Assembly (NCBI GenBank): GCA_002269645.1
Contig: NIVC01002753.1
Span: forward strand, 1-64,000
Source of the DNA: Macrostomum lignano
Lineage: Eukaryota
Reading direction: 5' to 3'
Length of the DNA: 64,000 nucleotides
Positions 12,252-25,675 of the stretch are shown here, piece by piece (within the stretch, counting starts at the first letter, position 1; the number at the start of each line of letters is the position of its first letter). Made by a program: the position numbers and the translations under genes. Below the pieces are notes generated by a model. It saw only the letters and a program-made list of their open reading frames with translations. It was not told where the DNA came from and did no database searches.

Positions 12252-14444
12252 CTAATCTACCCATGAGAATCGTGCCTAATCTATCCATGAGAATCGTGCC
12301 TAATCTATCCATGAGAATCGTGCCTAATCTACCCATGAGAATCGTGCCTAATCTACCCATGAGAATCGTGCCTAATCTACCCATTAGAATCGTGCCTAAT
12401 CTACCCATGAGAATCGTGCCTAATCTACCCATGAGAATCGTGCCTAATCTACCCATGAGAATCATGCCTAATCTACCCATGAGAATCGTGCCTAATCTAC
12501 CCATGAGAATCGTGCCTAATCTACCCATGAGAATCGTGCCTAATCTACCGATAAGAATCGTGCCTAATCTACCCATGAGAATCATGCCTAATCTACCCAT
12601 GAGAATCGTGCCTAATCTATCCATGAGAATCGTGCCTAATCTACCAATGAGAATCGTGCCTAATCTACCCATGAGAATCGTGCCTAATCTATCCATGAAA
12701 ATCGTGCCTAATCTACCCATGAGAATCGTGCCTAATCTACCCATGAGAATCGTGCCTAATCTACCCATGAGAATCGTGCCTAATCTATCCATGAGAATCG
12801 TGCCTAATCTACCAATGAGAATCGTGCCTAATCTACCCATGAGAATCGTGCCTAATCTACCCATGAGAATCGTGCCTAATCTACCAATCAGAATCGTGCC
12901 TAATCTACCCATGAGAATCGTGCCTAATCTACCCATGAGAATCGTGCCTAATCTACCGATAAGAATCGTGCCTAATCTACCCATGAGAATCGTGCCTAAT
13001 CTACCCATGAGAATCGTGCCTAATCTACCCATGAGAATCGTGCCTAATCTACCCATGAGAATCGTGCCTAATCTACCCATGAGAATCGTGCCTAATCTAT
13101 CCATGAGAATCGTGCCTAATCTACCCATAAGAATCGTGCCTAATCTACCCATGAGAATCGTGCCTAATCTACCCATGAGAATCGTGCCTAATCTAACCAT
13201 GAGAATCGTGCCTAATCTACCCATGAGAATCGAGCCTAATCTATCCATGAGAATCGTGCCTAATCTATCCAAGAGAATCGTGCCTAATCTACCGATAAGA
13301 ATCGTGCCTAATCTACCCATGAGAATCGTGCCTAATCTACCGATGAGAATCGTGCCTAATCTACCCATGAGAATCGTGCCTAATCTACCCATGAGAATCG
13401 TGCCTAATCTATCCATGAGAATCGTGCCTAATCTACCAATGAGAATCGTGCCTAATCTACCCATGAGAATCGTGCCTAATCTACCCATGAGAATCGTGCC
13501 TAATCTACCCATGAGAATCGTGCCTAATCTACCCATGAGAATCGTGCCTAATCTACCCATGAGAATCGTGCCTAATCTACCCATGAGAATCGTGCCTAAT
13601 CTACCCATGAGAATCGTGCCTAATCTACCCATGAGAATCGTGCCTAATCTACCCATGAAAATCGTGCCTAATCTACCCATGAGAATCGTGCCTAATCTAC
13701 CCATTAGAATCGTGCCTAATCTACCCATGAGAATCGTGCCTAAACTATCCATGAGAATCGTGCCTAATCTACCCATGAGAATCGTGCCTAATCTACCCAT
13801 GAGAATCGTGCCTAATCTACCAATGAGAATCGGGCCTAATCTACCCATGAGAATCGTGCCTAATCTACCCATGAGAATCGTGCCTAATCTACCCATGAGA
13901 ATCGTGCCTAATCTACCCATGAGAATCGTGCCTAATCTACCCATGAGAATCGTGCCTAATCTACCCATGAGAATCGTGCCTAATCTACCCATGAGAATCG
14001 TGCCTAATCTACCCATGAGAATCGTGCCTAATCTACCCATGAGAATCGTGCCTAATCTACCCATGAGAATCGTGCCTAATCTACCCATGAGAATCGTGCC
14101 TAATCTACCCATGAGAATCGTGCCTAATCTACCCATGAGAATCGTGCCTAATCTACCCATGAGAATCGTGCCTAATCTACCCATGAGAATCGTGCCTAAT
14201 CTACCCATGAGAATCGTGCCTAATCTACCCATGAGAATCGTGCCTAATCTACCCATGAGAATCGTGCCTAATCTACCCATGAGAATCGTGCCTAATCTAC
14301 CCATGAGAATCGTGCCTAATCTACCCATGAGAATCGTGCCTAATCTACCCATGAGAATCGTGCCTAATCTACCCATGAGAATCGTGCCTAATCTACCCAT
14401 GAGAATCGTGCCTAATCTACCCATGAGAATCGTGCCTAATCTAC
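12252..14444. repeat. 24-bp minisatellite (ccatgagaatcgtgcctaatctac), about 90 copies
   Basis: Direct inspection. Confidence 0.97.
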
Positions 14445-14610
14445 ATAGAAGCTACATGTAGTTTATTAAAAGATTTGTATTGTATTCTTTGTTGGCTTCC
14501 CATCGAAGGGCGCTGATTGCTAGTTTATATCAAATTTTGCACAGCTCAATAATTATCTGTAATTATCAGTACGGGCGTTAATCTACCTACCTGCCTGCCC
14601 CACTCATCAG

Positions 14611-14762
14611 GTGGAACATCACGGTGGAGCCCAACCAGGACTGCCAGCAGGAGCCGGACCCCACCGACAGGAGCACCGGCCGGCCCTACCTCAGCGTGTT
14701 TAACAACTATTTCAGTCTGGGTGCTGACGCTGCCGTGGCTTTAGAATTTCACGAATCCAGAG
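14611..14762 (+). CDS. DGKZ: DGK exon 9 (DAGKa start)
   Basis: [31 protein letters not shown]. Confidence 0.96.
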
Positions 14763-14912
14763 GTACAAAAAAGTGTTTACCTATGGCCGTGTCGGATTTA
14801 TTTACAACTGACAGCTGACTTTTTCTATTTATTAGTTTCTTACTAACCGAATGTTTTCTGTGTGGGTACTTTTAAACTTGTTTATCTAACTGAGCCGCTC
14901 TCTTGTTTACAG

Positions 14913-14968
14913 AAGCAAATCCGGAGCGTTTTAACAGTCGGTTAAGGAATATCATGTTTTATGCTGGG
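14913..14968 (+). CDS. DGKZ: DGK exon 10
   Basis: ANPERFNSRLRNIMFYAG; AG/GTAAGT. Confidence 0.95.
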
Positions 14969-15072
14969 GTAAGTTTTTAGTCACGCCTGTGAAGTAGCTA
15001 TGACTGTTTTTTATGTTTGTAGAATTTTGCAGAGATCTAATATTCGACAATTATGATTGATTAAGTAAATAC

Positions 15073-16090
15073 ACTGACTGACTGACTGACTGACTGACTG
15101 ACTGACTGACTGACTGACTGACTGACTGACTGACTGACTGACTGACTGACTGACTGACTGACTGACTGACTGACTGACTGACTGACTGACTGACTGACTG
15201 ACTGACTGACTGACTGACTGACTGACTGACTGACTGACTGACTGACTGACTGACTGACTGACTGACTGACTGACTGACTGACTGACTGACTGACTGACTG
15301 ACTGACTGACTGACTGACTGACTGACTGACTGACTGACTGACTGACTGACTGACTGACTGACTGACTGACTGACTGACTGACTGACTGACTGACTGACTG
15401 ACTGACTGACTGACTGACTGACTGACTGACTGACTGACTGACTGACTGACTGACTGACTGACTGACTGACTGACTGACTGACTGACTGACTGACTGACTG
15501 ACTGACTGACTGACTGACTGACTGACTGACTGACTGACTGACTGACTGACTGACTGACTGACTGACTGACTGACTGACTGACTGACTGACTGACTGACTG
15601 ACTGACTGACTGACTGACTGACTGACTGACTGACTGACTGACTGACTGACTGACTGACTGACTGACTGACTGACTGACTGACTGACTGACTGACTGACTG
15701 ACTGACTGACTGACTGACTGACTGACTGACTGACTGACTGACTGACTGACTGACTGACTGACTGACTGACTGACTGACTGACTGACTGACTGACTGACTG
15801 ACTGACTGACTGACTGACTGACTGACTGACTGACTGACTGACTGACTGACTGACTGACTGACTGACTGACTGACTGACTGACTGACTGACTGACTGACTG
15901 ACTGACTGACTGACTGACTGACTGACTGACTGACTGACTGACTGACTGACTGACTGACTGACTGACTGACTGACTGACTGACTGACTGACTGACTGACTG
16001 ACTGACTGACTGACTGACTGACTGACTGACTGACTGACTGACTGACTGACTGACTGACTGACTGACTGACAGACAGACAGACAGACAGAC
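15073..16090. repeat. (ACTG)n microsatellite, about 1 kb and essentially pure, ending in (ACAG)n
   Basis: Direct inspection. Confidence 0.98.
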
Positions 16091-16140
16091 CGAACTTCCG
16101 AACAAAGAAACCGAACAAACCGAACTTCCGCATCCCGCAG

Positions 16141-16203
16141 GAAGGCTCGCGGTCCATAATTAAGCGTCCCTGGCGCGAACTGAGCCAAGTGGTTAACCTG
16201 GAG
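16141..16203 (+). CDS. DGKZ: DGK exon 11
   Basis: EGSRSIIKRPWRELSQVVNLE, 21 codons matching the length of the DGKZ segment; CAG/GTGAGC. Confidence 0.88.
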
Positions 16204-16994
16204 GTGAGCCAACTTTTTTCAAAAAAATTCATTGTCGATGACTCATCTTGCAGTTTAATTTGCAGTCTTCACTGTCAAACTAAGTTATAGAATGTCAGAT
16301 TTTTGCCAATGAATTCTTTCTAACTGAACAAATTGCATCTCAGTGTCTGATGCCAGCCATCGTTCCTCTCTCCCATCTCCACGGATAGGGTTTCGTTTTT
16401 CCCATTTGACTCAAAATGTACTCAAATTGGGTAAAAAATACCATTTGAGTCGCATCCAAGTTCCTAAAGCTCTCACTTACTTAATTAGTTCTGCCTAATT
16501 AGCCGAGTTGCGTGCACACAGATTTTCCTAATATAGAGAGAGAGAAAGTTTTCTAGACTCTTCTTCGCAGTGAGCTCAATTTTAATTGAAAACGGAATTG
16601 CCCCAACAGCCCTATTGTTGATTCTGTGGGACTCCGCCTGTCTCCGCCTCCGTTAGTCATCGTGACATCGTGCGTGCATCAGTTTTTTTGTCCCTTCCTA
16701 TTCCCTCTATTTAATCATTTATTTTATTCCAATATTTAAAAGTCAATTATTTAGGCAAGGCAGGCATTAGGCGGGGGAGCTTGTGTCACAGTCGGAATAC
16801 TCATTTTTTTCTATAGTCTGTCTAAATTAAAGTTGACTGGGTTGTCTGTCTCTGTATTAAATTGCGAGAGAATAAATTCTTTTATTTCTAATTTCAAAAC
16901 GTTTTTGCATTTGCTTCCATTGTATTTTAGCATTATTTGTACTAGCTCGTAAATCGCTATTGAGAAACCGGGGTTGTACTTTTCTGCTCAATCA

Positions 16995-17720
16995 TTTGTC
17001 TATCAAATCTGTTTTCTTAGAATTCACGTTAGAATTTCTTAGAATTTGTTTTTTTTCTTTTTTTCTTAGAAACCATCCGATTTTCTCGAAATTAGTTTTC
17101 AATTTTCTTAGAATCAATCCAGTTTTCTTGGAAACTTCTGTTTGTTAGAATCGATCCATCCAGATTTCTTGGAATATTTTTTGTAGATTTTTTAGAATTT
17201 AGCCAGTTTTCTTGGCATCTGTTTCTACTTTCTTAGAATCAATTCAGATTTTTTGGAATCTTCTCTGTTTATTAGAATCAATTCAGATTTCTTTGTACTC
17301 TTTTCTATTTCTTAGAATCTACCCATATTTCTTGGAATATTTTCTGCTTCTTAGAATCAATCCAGTTTTTTTGGAAACTTCTGCTTCTTAGAACCGATCC
17401 ATCCAGATTTCTTTGAATCTGTTGCTTTTTTCTTACAATTTAGCCAGTTTTCTTGGAATATTTTCTGTTTCTTAGAATTTAGCCAGTTTTCTTGGAATCT
17501 GTTTCTACTTTCTTAGAATAAATTCAGATTTGTTGGAATCTTCTCTGTTTCTTAAAATCAATTCAGATTTATTTGTACTCTTTTCTGTTTCTTAGAATTT
17601 CGCCAGTTTTCTTGGAATATTTTCTGTTTCTTAGAATTTAGCCAGTTTTCTTGGAATATTTTCTGTTTCTTAGAATTTAGCCAGTTTTCTTGGAATATTT
17701 TCTGTTTCTTAGAATCTATA
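16995..17720. repeat. Degenerate T-rich repeat (ttcttagaatttagccagttttcttggaat...)
   Basis: Direct inspection. Confidence 0.8.
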
Positions 17721-18257
17721 CAGATCAAGGATCATATATACACAAGATAAGCCACTCACAAACCACTTATTTGGACAAAGAAGATCATTTGAAAAATAAT
17801 TGCAACTCGCGACAGCGTGAAAATCAGTTATTGAATTCAGTTTCCTCAATAGTCTCCGTAGTGCATGCATCATTTCTAATTTTATTAGGTATTTAATCTA
17901 AAGTCTAAGATGAAGGTAATATATAAGATTCATAATCCAGATTTCTTTTTGGATCTGTTGAATTTTAAAATAAATTATCTTGATCTCTTAGAATCTGCCT
18001 GGTTTCCTTATAAACCATCTATATTTCTTATGTAGCTTCCTATTTCTAGTTTTCTTGGAAAACCGCTCATATTTCTCAGGACCCACGTTGATATTCTCAA
18101 CCTAGGTTGCTTTATATATTTGTAATGTCTTAAAAAATCAAAATGAATTTCTCGGATAAAGATTACTCACAATCCAGTTCATTCTGGTTCCATCGTTAAT
18201 CGTCTTCTTGACGCAAGGATATGCATTAAACTAATTATGCCAACGAAACCATTCCAG

Positions 18258-18443
18258 TGCGACAGCGTCAACATGACCGATCGAATACGCGAACTTCGAG
18301 TCAATTCCATCTTGTTTTTAAACATTCCCAAGTACAGCGCCGGCGCCATGCCCTGGGGCAATCCGACTGGTAGTCAGGGGTTCGAACCCCAACGACCCGA
18401 CGATGGTTACGTTGAAGTGATCGGATTCAGTTCGAGTCATTTG
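18258..18443 (+). CDS. DGKZ: DGK exon 12 (DAGKa)
   Basis: FLNIPKYSAGAMPWG..FEPQRPDDGYVEVIGF. Confidence 0.97.
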
Positions 18444-18477
18444 GTAATCATTGGTTGTTTAAATGATTTGTGTCGTT

Positions 18478-20780
18478 CAAATTGAGCTTATAAGATGGTT
18501 AAATGGGAGCTTATAAGATGGTTAAATGGAGCTTATAAGATGGTTAAATGGGAGCTTATAAGATGGTTAAATGGGAGCTTATAAGATGGTCAAATGGAGC
18601 TTATAAGATGGTTAAATGGGAGCTTATAAGATGGTTAAATGGGAGCTTATAAGATGGTTAAATGGAGCTTATAAGATGGTTAAATGGGAGCTTATAAGAT
18701 GGTTAAATGGGAGCTTATAAGATGGTTAAATGGAGCTTATAAGATGGTTAAATGGGAGCTTATAAGATGGTTAAATGGGAGCTTATAAGATGGTTAAATG
18801 GGAGCTTATAAGATGGTTAAATGGAGCTTATAAGATGGTTAAATGGGAGCTTATAAGATGGTTAAATGGGAGCTTATAAGATGGTTAAATGGGAGCTTAT
18901 AAGATGGTTAAATTGAGCTTATAAGATGGTTAAATGGGAGCTTATAAGATGGTTAAATGGGAGCTTATAAGATGGTTAAATGGAGCTTATAAGATGGTTA
19001 AATTGAGCTTATAAGATGGTTAAATGGAGCTTATAAGATGGTTAAATGGGAGCTTATAAGATGGTTAAATGGGAGCTTATAAGATGGTTAAATGGGAGCT
19101 TATAAGATGGTTAAATTGAGCTTATAAGATGGTTAAATGGAGCTTATAAGATGGTTAAATGGGAGCTTATAAGATGGTTAAATGGGAGCTTATAAGATGG
19201 TTAAATGGGAGCTTATAAGATGGTTAAATGGAGCTTATAAGATGGTTAAATGGGAGCTTAGCTCGTATAAGATGGTTAAATGGGAGCTTATAAGATGGTT
19301 AAATTGAGCTTATAAGATGGTTAAATGGAGCTTATAAGATGGTTAAATGGAGCTTATAAGATGGTTAAATGGAGCTTATAAGATGGTTAAATGGGAGCTT
19401 ATAAGATGGTTAAATGGAGCTTATAAGATGGTTAAATGGGAGCTTATAAGATGGTTAAATTGAGCTTATAAGATGGTTAAATGGGAGCTTATAAGATGGT
19501 TAAATGGGAGCTTATAAGATGGTTAAATGGGAGCTTATAAGATGGTTAAATTGAGCTTATAAGATGGTTAAATGGAGCTTATAAGATGGTTAAATGGGAG
19601 CTTATAAGATGGTTAAATGGGAGCTTATAAGATGGTTAAATTGAGCTTATAAGATGGTTAAATGGAGCTTATAAGATGGTTAAATGGGAGCTTATAAGAT
19701 GGTTAAATGGGAGCTTATAAGATGGTTAAATTGAGCTTATAAGATGGTTAAATGGAGCTTATAAGATGGTTAAATGGGAGCTTATAAGATGGTTAAATGG
19801 GAGCTTATAAGATGGTTAAATGGGAGCTTATAAGATGGTTAAATTGAGCTTATAAGATGGTTAAATTGAGCTTATAAGATGGTTAAATGGGAGCTTATAA
19901 GATGGTTAAATTGAGCTTATAAGATGGTTAAATTGAGCTTATAAGATGGTTAAATTGAGCTTATAAGATGGTTAAATGGAGCTTATAAGATGGTTAAATG
20001 GAGCTTATAAGATGGTTAAATGGGAGCTTATAAGATGGTTAAATTGAGCTTATAAGATGGTTAAATGGAGCTTATAAGATGGTTAAATGGAGCTTATAAG
20101 ATGGTTAAATGGGAGCTTATAAGATGGTTAAATTGAGCTTATAAGATGGTTAAATGGGAGCTTATAAGATGGTTAAATGGAGCTTATAAGATGGTTAAAT
20201 GGAGCTTATAAGATGGTTAAATGGAGCTTATAAGATGGTTAAATGGAGCTTATAAGATGGTTAAATGGGAGCTTATAAGATGGTTAAATGGAGCTTATAA
20301 GATGGTTAAATGGAGCTTATAAGATTGTTAAATGGAGCTTATAAGATGGTTAAATGGAGCTTATAAGATGGTTAAATGGGAGCTTATAAGATGGTTAAAT
20401 TGAGCTTATAAGATGGTTAAATGGAGCTTATAAGATGGTTAAATGGAGCTTATAAGATGGTTAAATTGAGCTTATAAGATGGTTAAATGGAGCTTATAAG
20501 ATGGTTAAATGGAGCTTATAAGATGGTTAAATTGAGCTTATAAGATGGTTAAATGGAGCTTATAAGATGGTTAAATTGAGCTTATAAGATGGTTAAATTG
20601 AGCTTATAAGATGGTTAAATTGAGCTTATAAGATGGTTAAATTGAGCTTATAAGATGGTTAAATGGAGCTTATAAGATGGTTAAATGGGAGCTTATAAGA
20701 TGGTTAAATGGGAGCTTATAAGACGGTTAAATGGGAGTTTATAAGATGGTTAGATGGTTAAATGGGAGCTTATAAGATGG
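18478..20780. repeat. 22-23-bp minisatellite (gagcttataagatggttaaatg[g]), about 100 copies
   Basis: Direct inspection. Confidence 0.97.
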
Positions 20781-20858
20781 TCAAGTGCAAAATTTAACCG
20801 CAAATTGCAATTAAAAATCGATTCTTGATAACAATACAACGCCTTGAACCGAACGCAG

Positions 20859-20945
20859 GCCACAGTGCAGATGGGCTGGCACGGGCACCGGATCTGCCAG
20901 TGCAAACGGGCGATAATACGCACTAGTCGAATCATTCCCATTCAG
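20859..20945 (+). CDS. DGKZ: DGK exon 13
   Basis: ATVQMGWHGHRICQCKRAIIRTSRIIPIQ; AG/GTACGC. Confidence 0.94.
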
Positions 20946-20977
20946 GTACGCATACTTGCACAGTTTCTCATAAATGT

Positions 20978-22160
20978 CATTGAGTCAGATTGGTCCTCAT
21001 TGAGTCAGATTGGTCTTCATTGAGTCAGATTGGTCTTCATTGAGTCAGATTGGTCTTCATTGAGTCAAATTGGTCTTCATTGAATCAGATTGGTCTTCAT
21101 TGAATCAGATTGGTCTTCATTGAATCAGATTGGTCTTCATTGAATCAGATTGGTCTTCATTGAATCAGATTGGTCTTCATTGAGTCAGATTGGTCCTCAT
21201 TGAGTCAGATTGGTCTTCATTGAGTCAGATTGGTCCTCATTGAGTCAGATTGGTCTTCATTGAGTCAGATTGGTCTTCATTGAGTCAGATTGGTCTTCAT
21301 TGAATCAGATTGGTCCTCATTGAGTCATATTGGTCTTTATTGAGTCAGATTGGTCCTCATTGAGTCAGATTGGTCTTTATTGAGTCAGATTGGTCTTCAT
21401 TGAGTCAGATTGGTCCTCATTGAGTCAGATTGGTCTTCATTGAGTCAGATTGGTCTTCATTGAGTCAGATTGGTCTTTATTGAGTCAGATTGGTCCTCAT
21501 TGAGTCAGATTGGTCTTCATTGAGTCAGATTGGTCTTCATTGAGTCAGATTGGTCTTCATTGAGTCAGATTGGTCTTCATTGAGTCAGATTGGTCTTCAA
21601 ATTAGTCAAATTGGTCTTCATTGAGTCAGATTGGTCTTCAAATTAGTCAAATTGGTCTTCATTGAGTCAGATTGGTCTTCATTGAGTCAGATTGGTCTTC
21701 AAATTAGTCAAATTGGTCTTCATTGAGTCAGATTGGTCTTCATTGAGTCAGATTGGTCTTCATTGAGTCAGATTGGTCTTCAAATTAGTCAAATTGGTCT
21801 TCATTGAGTCAGATTGGTCTTCATTGAGTCAGATTGGTCTTCATTGAGTCAGATTGGTCTTTATTGAGTCAGATTGGTCCTCATTGAGTCAGATTGGTCT
21901 TCATTGAGTCAGATTGGTCTTCATTGAGTCAGATTGGTCTTCATTGAGTCAGATTGGTCTTCATTGAGTCAGATTGGTCCTCATTGAGTCAGATTGGTCT
22001 TCATTGAGTCAGATTGGTCTTCATTGAGTCAGATTGGTCTTCATTGAGTCAGATTGGTCTTCATTGAGTCAGATTGGTCTTCATTGAGTCAGATTGGTCT
22101 TTATTGAGTCAGATTGGTCTTTATTGAGTCAGATTGGTCCTCAAATGAGTCAGATTGGTA
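20978..22160. repeat. 20-bp minisatellite (cattgagtcagattggtctt)
   Basis: Direct inspection. Confidence 0.97.
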
Positions 22161-22301
22161 TTCAAAATAAGCAAGCAGTTTTTGCCAACAGAACAGCATA
22201 ACAATGCTACAAAGCAGAATATCCAAAACTTGCGGTCTACACTTAACTCTATTTCTAGCAACTTGTCAGATCTGACTATTCGACTATTTGATTATATTTA
22301 G

Positions 22302-22414
22302 ATTGACGGTGAGCCCTGGCGTCTCCAGCCGTCCGTAATTGACATATCGTTGCACAACCAGGCCAACATGATTCAGAAGCCCAAACGGCGGAATAGCATT
22401 CCACTGCTGACTGA
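22302..22414 (+). CDS. DGKZ: DGK exon 14
   Basis: IDGEPWRLQPS..NQANMIQKPKRR; TAG/GTAAGT. Confidence 0.95.
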
Positions 22415-22664
22415 GTAAGTTGAGATATTTTTTCGATTTTGTTATCTATTATTATACTACTGCTATTGTTAGTAGTTGAATAGGAGCTTATTGTAAAAAA
22501 GGCTAAACTATGAAAACCATTTTTATCATAAATTTCAGCCTGTCAATGTAAGACAATTGTGAAATAGAAAAAATAGTTCTTCGTTTTAATTTTGTCTTTC
22601 AAACCTGCATGCAGTTGTGTTGTCAAGTGTACATTTGGTTTAGTGGCAAATCGTTTCCTCGAAG

Positions 22665-23278
22665 CTTTACACACCTTGTGTCTACATGCATACATACTTT
22701 ACATACCTTGTGACTACATGTATACATACTTTACATACCTTGTGTCTACATGCATACATACTTTACATACCTTGTGACTACATGTATACATACTTTACAT
22801 ACCTTGTGTCTACATGTATACATACTTTACATACATTGTGGCTACATGTATACATACTTTACATACCTTGTGTCTACATGCATACATACTTTACATACCT
22901 TGTGACTACATGTATACATACTTTACATACCTTGTGTCTACATGCATACATACTTTACATACCTTGTGACTACATGTATACATACTTTACATACCTTGTG
23001 TCTACATGCATACATACTTTACATACCTTGTGACTACATGTATACATACTTTACATACCTTGTGACTACATGTATACATACTTTACATACCTTGTGTCTA
23101 CATGCATACATACTTTACATACATTGTGTCTACATGCATACATACTTTACATACATTGTGGCTACATGCATACATACTTTACATACATTGTGGCTACATG
23201 CATACATACTTTACATACATTGTGGCTACATGTATACATACTTTACATACATTGTGGCTACATGTATACATACTTTAC
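22665..23278. repeat. 32-bp minisatellite (tacatactttacataccttgtgtctacatgca)
   Basis: Direct inspection. Confidence 0.95.
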
Positions 23279-23419
23279 GTAAGTTTCCAAGGTAGCTGGA
23301 TTGCTTTAGCTTTTTGTAAATCTATTTTCTTCAAAGTTCGGTTCTACTCGACGCGTTTTAACCTTTAGTCGATAGTTTGGAAGCCCCTGATAATTTTCCT
23401 TGCTAAGTTTCTTAACATG

Positions 23420-23784
23420 TGAGAGCTGTGCGAGCCACAGCCTGGTGTTGTAGCTGGCAGTATGTGCCAGCGGCCCAGGCTCGATTCCAAGTGCAGTCAC
23501 ATTAATTTGGAGCTAAATTGGAATCTCGGCTTGGCTCTGTTCGTGCAATTAACGCCATTGAGAGCCAACCCCCCAAGGCGCAGTGCAGTGTACATGCCTA
23601 AGGTGTAATAAAGTTAGGGCCGCTGTACACTCCTGTGTGAGTGTGTGACTGCATACGTATCCGCGCGCTTGTGTGCCTGCTCAGGGGAGTCGGCGGAATG
23701 GGCAGTAATGCCTCTCGCCGGTTGTGTGCTAATGTCGCTTAAAGTGCGCCAGGGTGCACACAACCCCCTGCTTCTATTAAAAAT
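23420..23784 (+). mobile_element. SINE family A copy (diverged head)
   Basis: Shares ggctcgattccaagtgcag through gtgcacacaaccccctg with 29931-30290. Confidence 0.85.
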
Positions 23785-25352
23785 AACATCGTCAGTCGTA
23801 AAAGTAAAGTGAACGTTTTGATTTTGTTGTGTATTTGAATAACAAATGTTGTAACATTTCCATGAATTTCTTCCCGCACAAGAAGATGCTTCTGTCTTAG
23901 CTGCTGCCGCGGTGGCTTTCGCAGAAATTCCTATTTTATGTTGGATTTCGATAGCCAAGATCGCCAGGATCGTACGAATTCAACTACTACTACTAATATT
24001 AATAAGTGCGATTAAATTGATCATTCTCATTTGGCCTAATGCTGGTTACGTTTGCGCCTATTTAAACAAGAATTAGTCGGAAACCAATTTTGCTGATTAG
24101 TTTTTTGTCCAATTTTATTTTTTGTTTGATGGGATTAAGTTAAAGTCGCTAAAACACTACCTTTAATCATCCCTCTATCCGGCAGTCTGGAAAGCTTTTT
24201 GACCAATAATAATTAGTTAGAGCGAAAAAAACATTATCTGTAATATTTTACTCAACAAAAATTCAATGATACCCTTTTTCAAATCGTCTTCCTAATGTTT
24301 GTCAGAGTCTATGAGTAGTCTGAGTAGTATATGCGAGTAGTAAGCTGGATACAGCAGCACCTCCCGGTCCAGCTGCAGGCTTAGCTGCTGAACTTCCAAC
24401 TTTAAATATTTAGAGAGTGAAAAAGCACAAATTTTGAACTTTTTGTGAGTTTCAAATTCGCGGCAGAATTTTTTTTGTTTTAACAAATATTTGCGAGCGT
24501 AGAATGTGCCATGTAATTCATTCATAAAACCGCTAATTTTTCTAATCAAGCTCTCAAATTTCTGAAGATAAAAGCCGCAAGCCAAGATGTTGAGCAATTT
24601 GCGAAGCCAAAAAAAGCGCAAAAAAACTTTATCTATCTAAAGTAGTTAAAGTAATTAAACAAAAATTTCCAGGTCGTTTTTTCAACAAAAAAATTTCATT
24701 GTCTTTATTCAAATCATTGAAGCATAAAGTCAATCATTTTAATATATGGAGTTAGTTTCATAATTTCCTGGTATCTCCATAAAGTGCGCACATCTTTTAG
24801 AACCAACTAAGCCTTCAAAACCTTTCTTAGAAACGAAGTCATCCGTCTTTCGAATTCTATTTTGACTATTGAGCTCGTAAACATCCGATTATGTGTTGAC
24901 CCTGAATCTAAAATTGGTTTTTTAAACTTTTACTAATATGGATCGTTTTTTTTCATTATTGCCTACTTATCTAGAATGTGTCAGTAATAGGAACCAAGCT
25001 TACATCTAAAATTAAACATTTGATTCTCGATAAGTAAACATGTTTTACATTTACAGTGCGCAACGAATTAAAGCCAGACGTCAATTTGCCAGAAACGTTA
25101 GGAAATTTTGTCTGACTCCTATCCCAGCCGAGTAGTAAGGACAGCAGAGATTTTTTAAAATTAACCATGAAGAGTTAATTCAGAATTTTATTGAAATCAT
25201 AACCAACGTTTTAAACTAAAATTCTGTGTTTAAACATTGTATTTACAGTTTAACAATTTAGCAATACCTTTGTGCGTGACTTCAAAAACTTTCGAAAATC
25301 TATCCGACCGCTGTAATGCTCCAATTGTGATTTTTAAAAAAAACATTTTTAG

Positions 25353-25495
25353 CGACGGGGACTATGGATTCAGTCAGGGGGCCGCACCGAGTAGTCAGCC
25401 GCTAATTATGGAACGGCTGCGCATTCAGGTGTCCGTCATCTCCATGACCGATTACGAGAGTCTGCAGTACGACAAGGAAAAGCTGCGCCTAGCTT
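25353..25495 (+). CDS. DGKZ: DGK exon 15
   Basis: ERLRIQVSVISMTDYESLQYDKEKLR matches [26 protein letters not shown]. Confidence 0.94.
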
Positions 25496-25569
25496 GTAAG
25501 TTTTACCGGAACTTGAAGTTTCATTTTGAGGTTTCTGAGATATTTTTATTAAATTGTTTTTTTTTGCAG

Positions 25570-25649
25570 CGTACCCTCTGGGTATCATCTTGGTTGAAGT
25601 GGACTCGGATCTCGAACACGTTCGAACCCATATTGATCGACTCGCATCG
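25570..25649 (+). CDS. DGKZ: DGK exon 16
   Basis: YPLGIILVEVDSDLEHVRTHIDRL; CAG/GTAAGC. Confidence 0.93.
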
Positions 25650-25675
25650 GTAAGCTGTTCTGAATGTAGGTAGTT

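Noticed and set aside
12130-14461. 740-760-aa ORFs on both strands
   Set aside because: Translation of a stop-free 24-bp unit inside DGK intron 8, which is bounded by canonical splice sites.
15011-16232. Long SQSV, LSVC, SIYL and similar ORFs here and at 10054-11688, 37421-40000, 41298-43440, 47566-49375, 56557-58238
   Set aside because: Artefacts of micro- and minisatellites lacking stops in some frames.
18478-22160. CRISPR-like appearance of regular 20-35-bp repeats
   Set aside because: No unique spacers, no cas genes, eukaryotic intron context.
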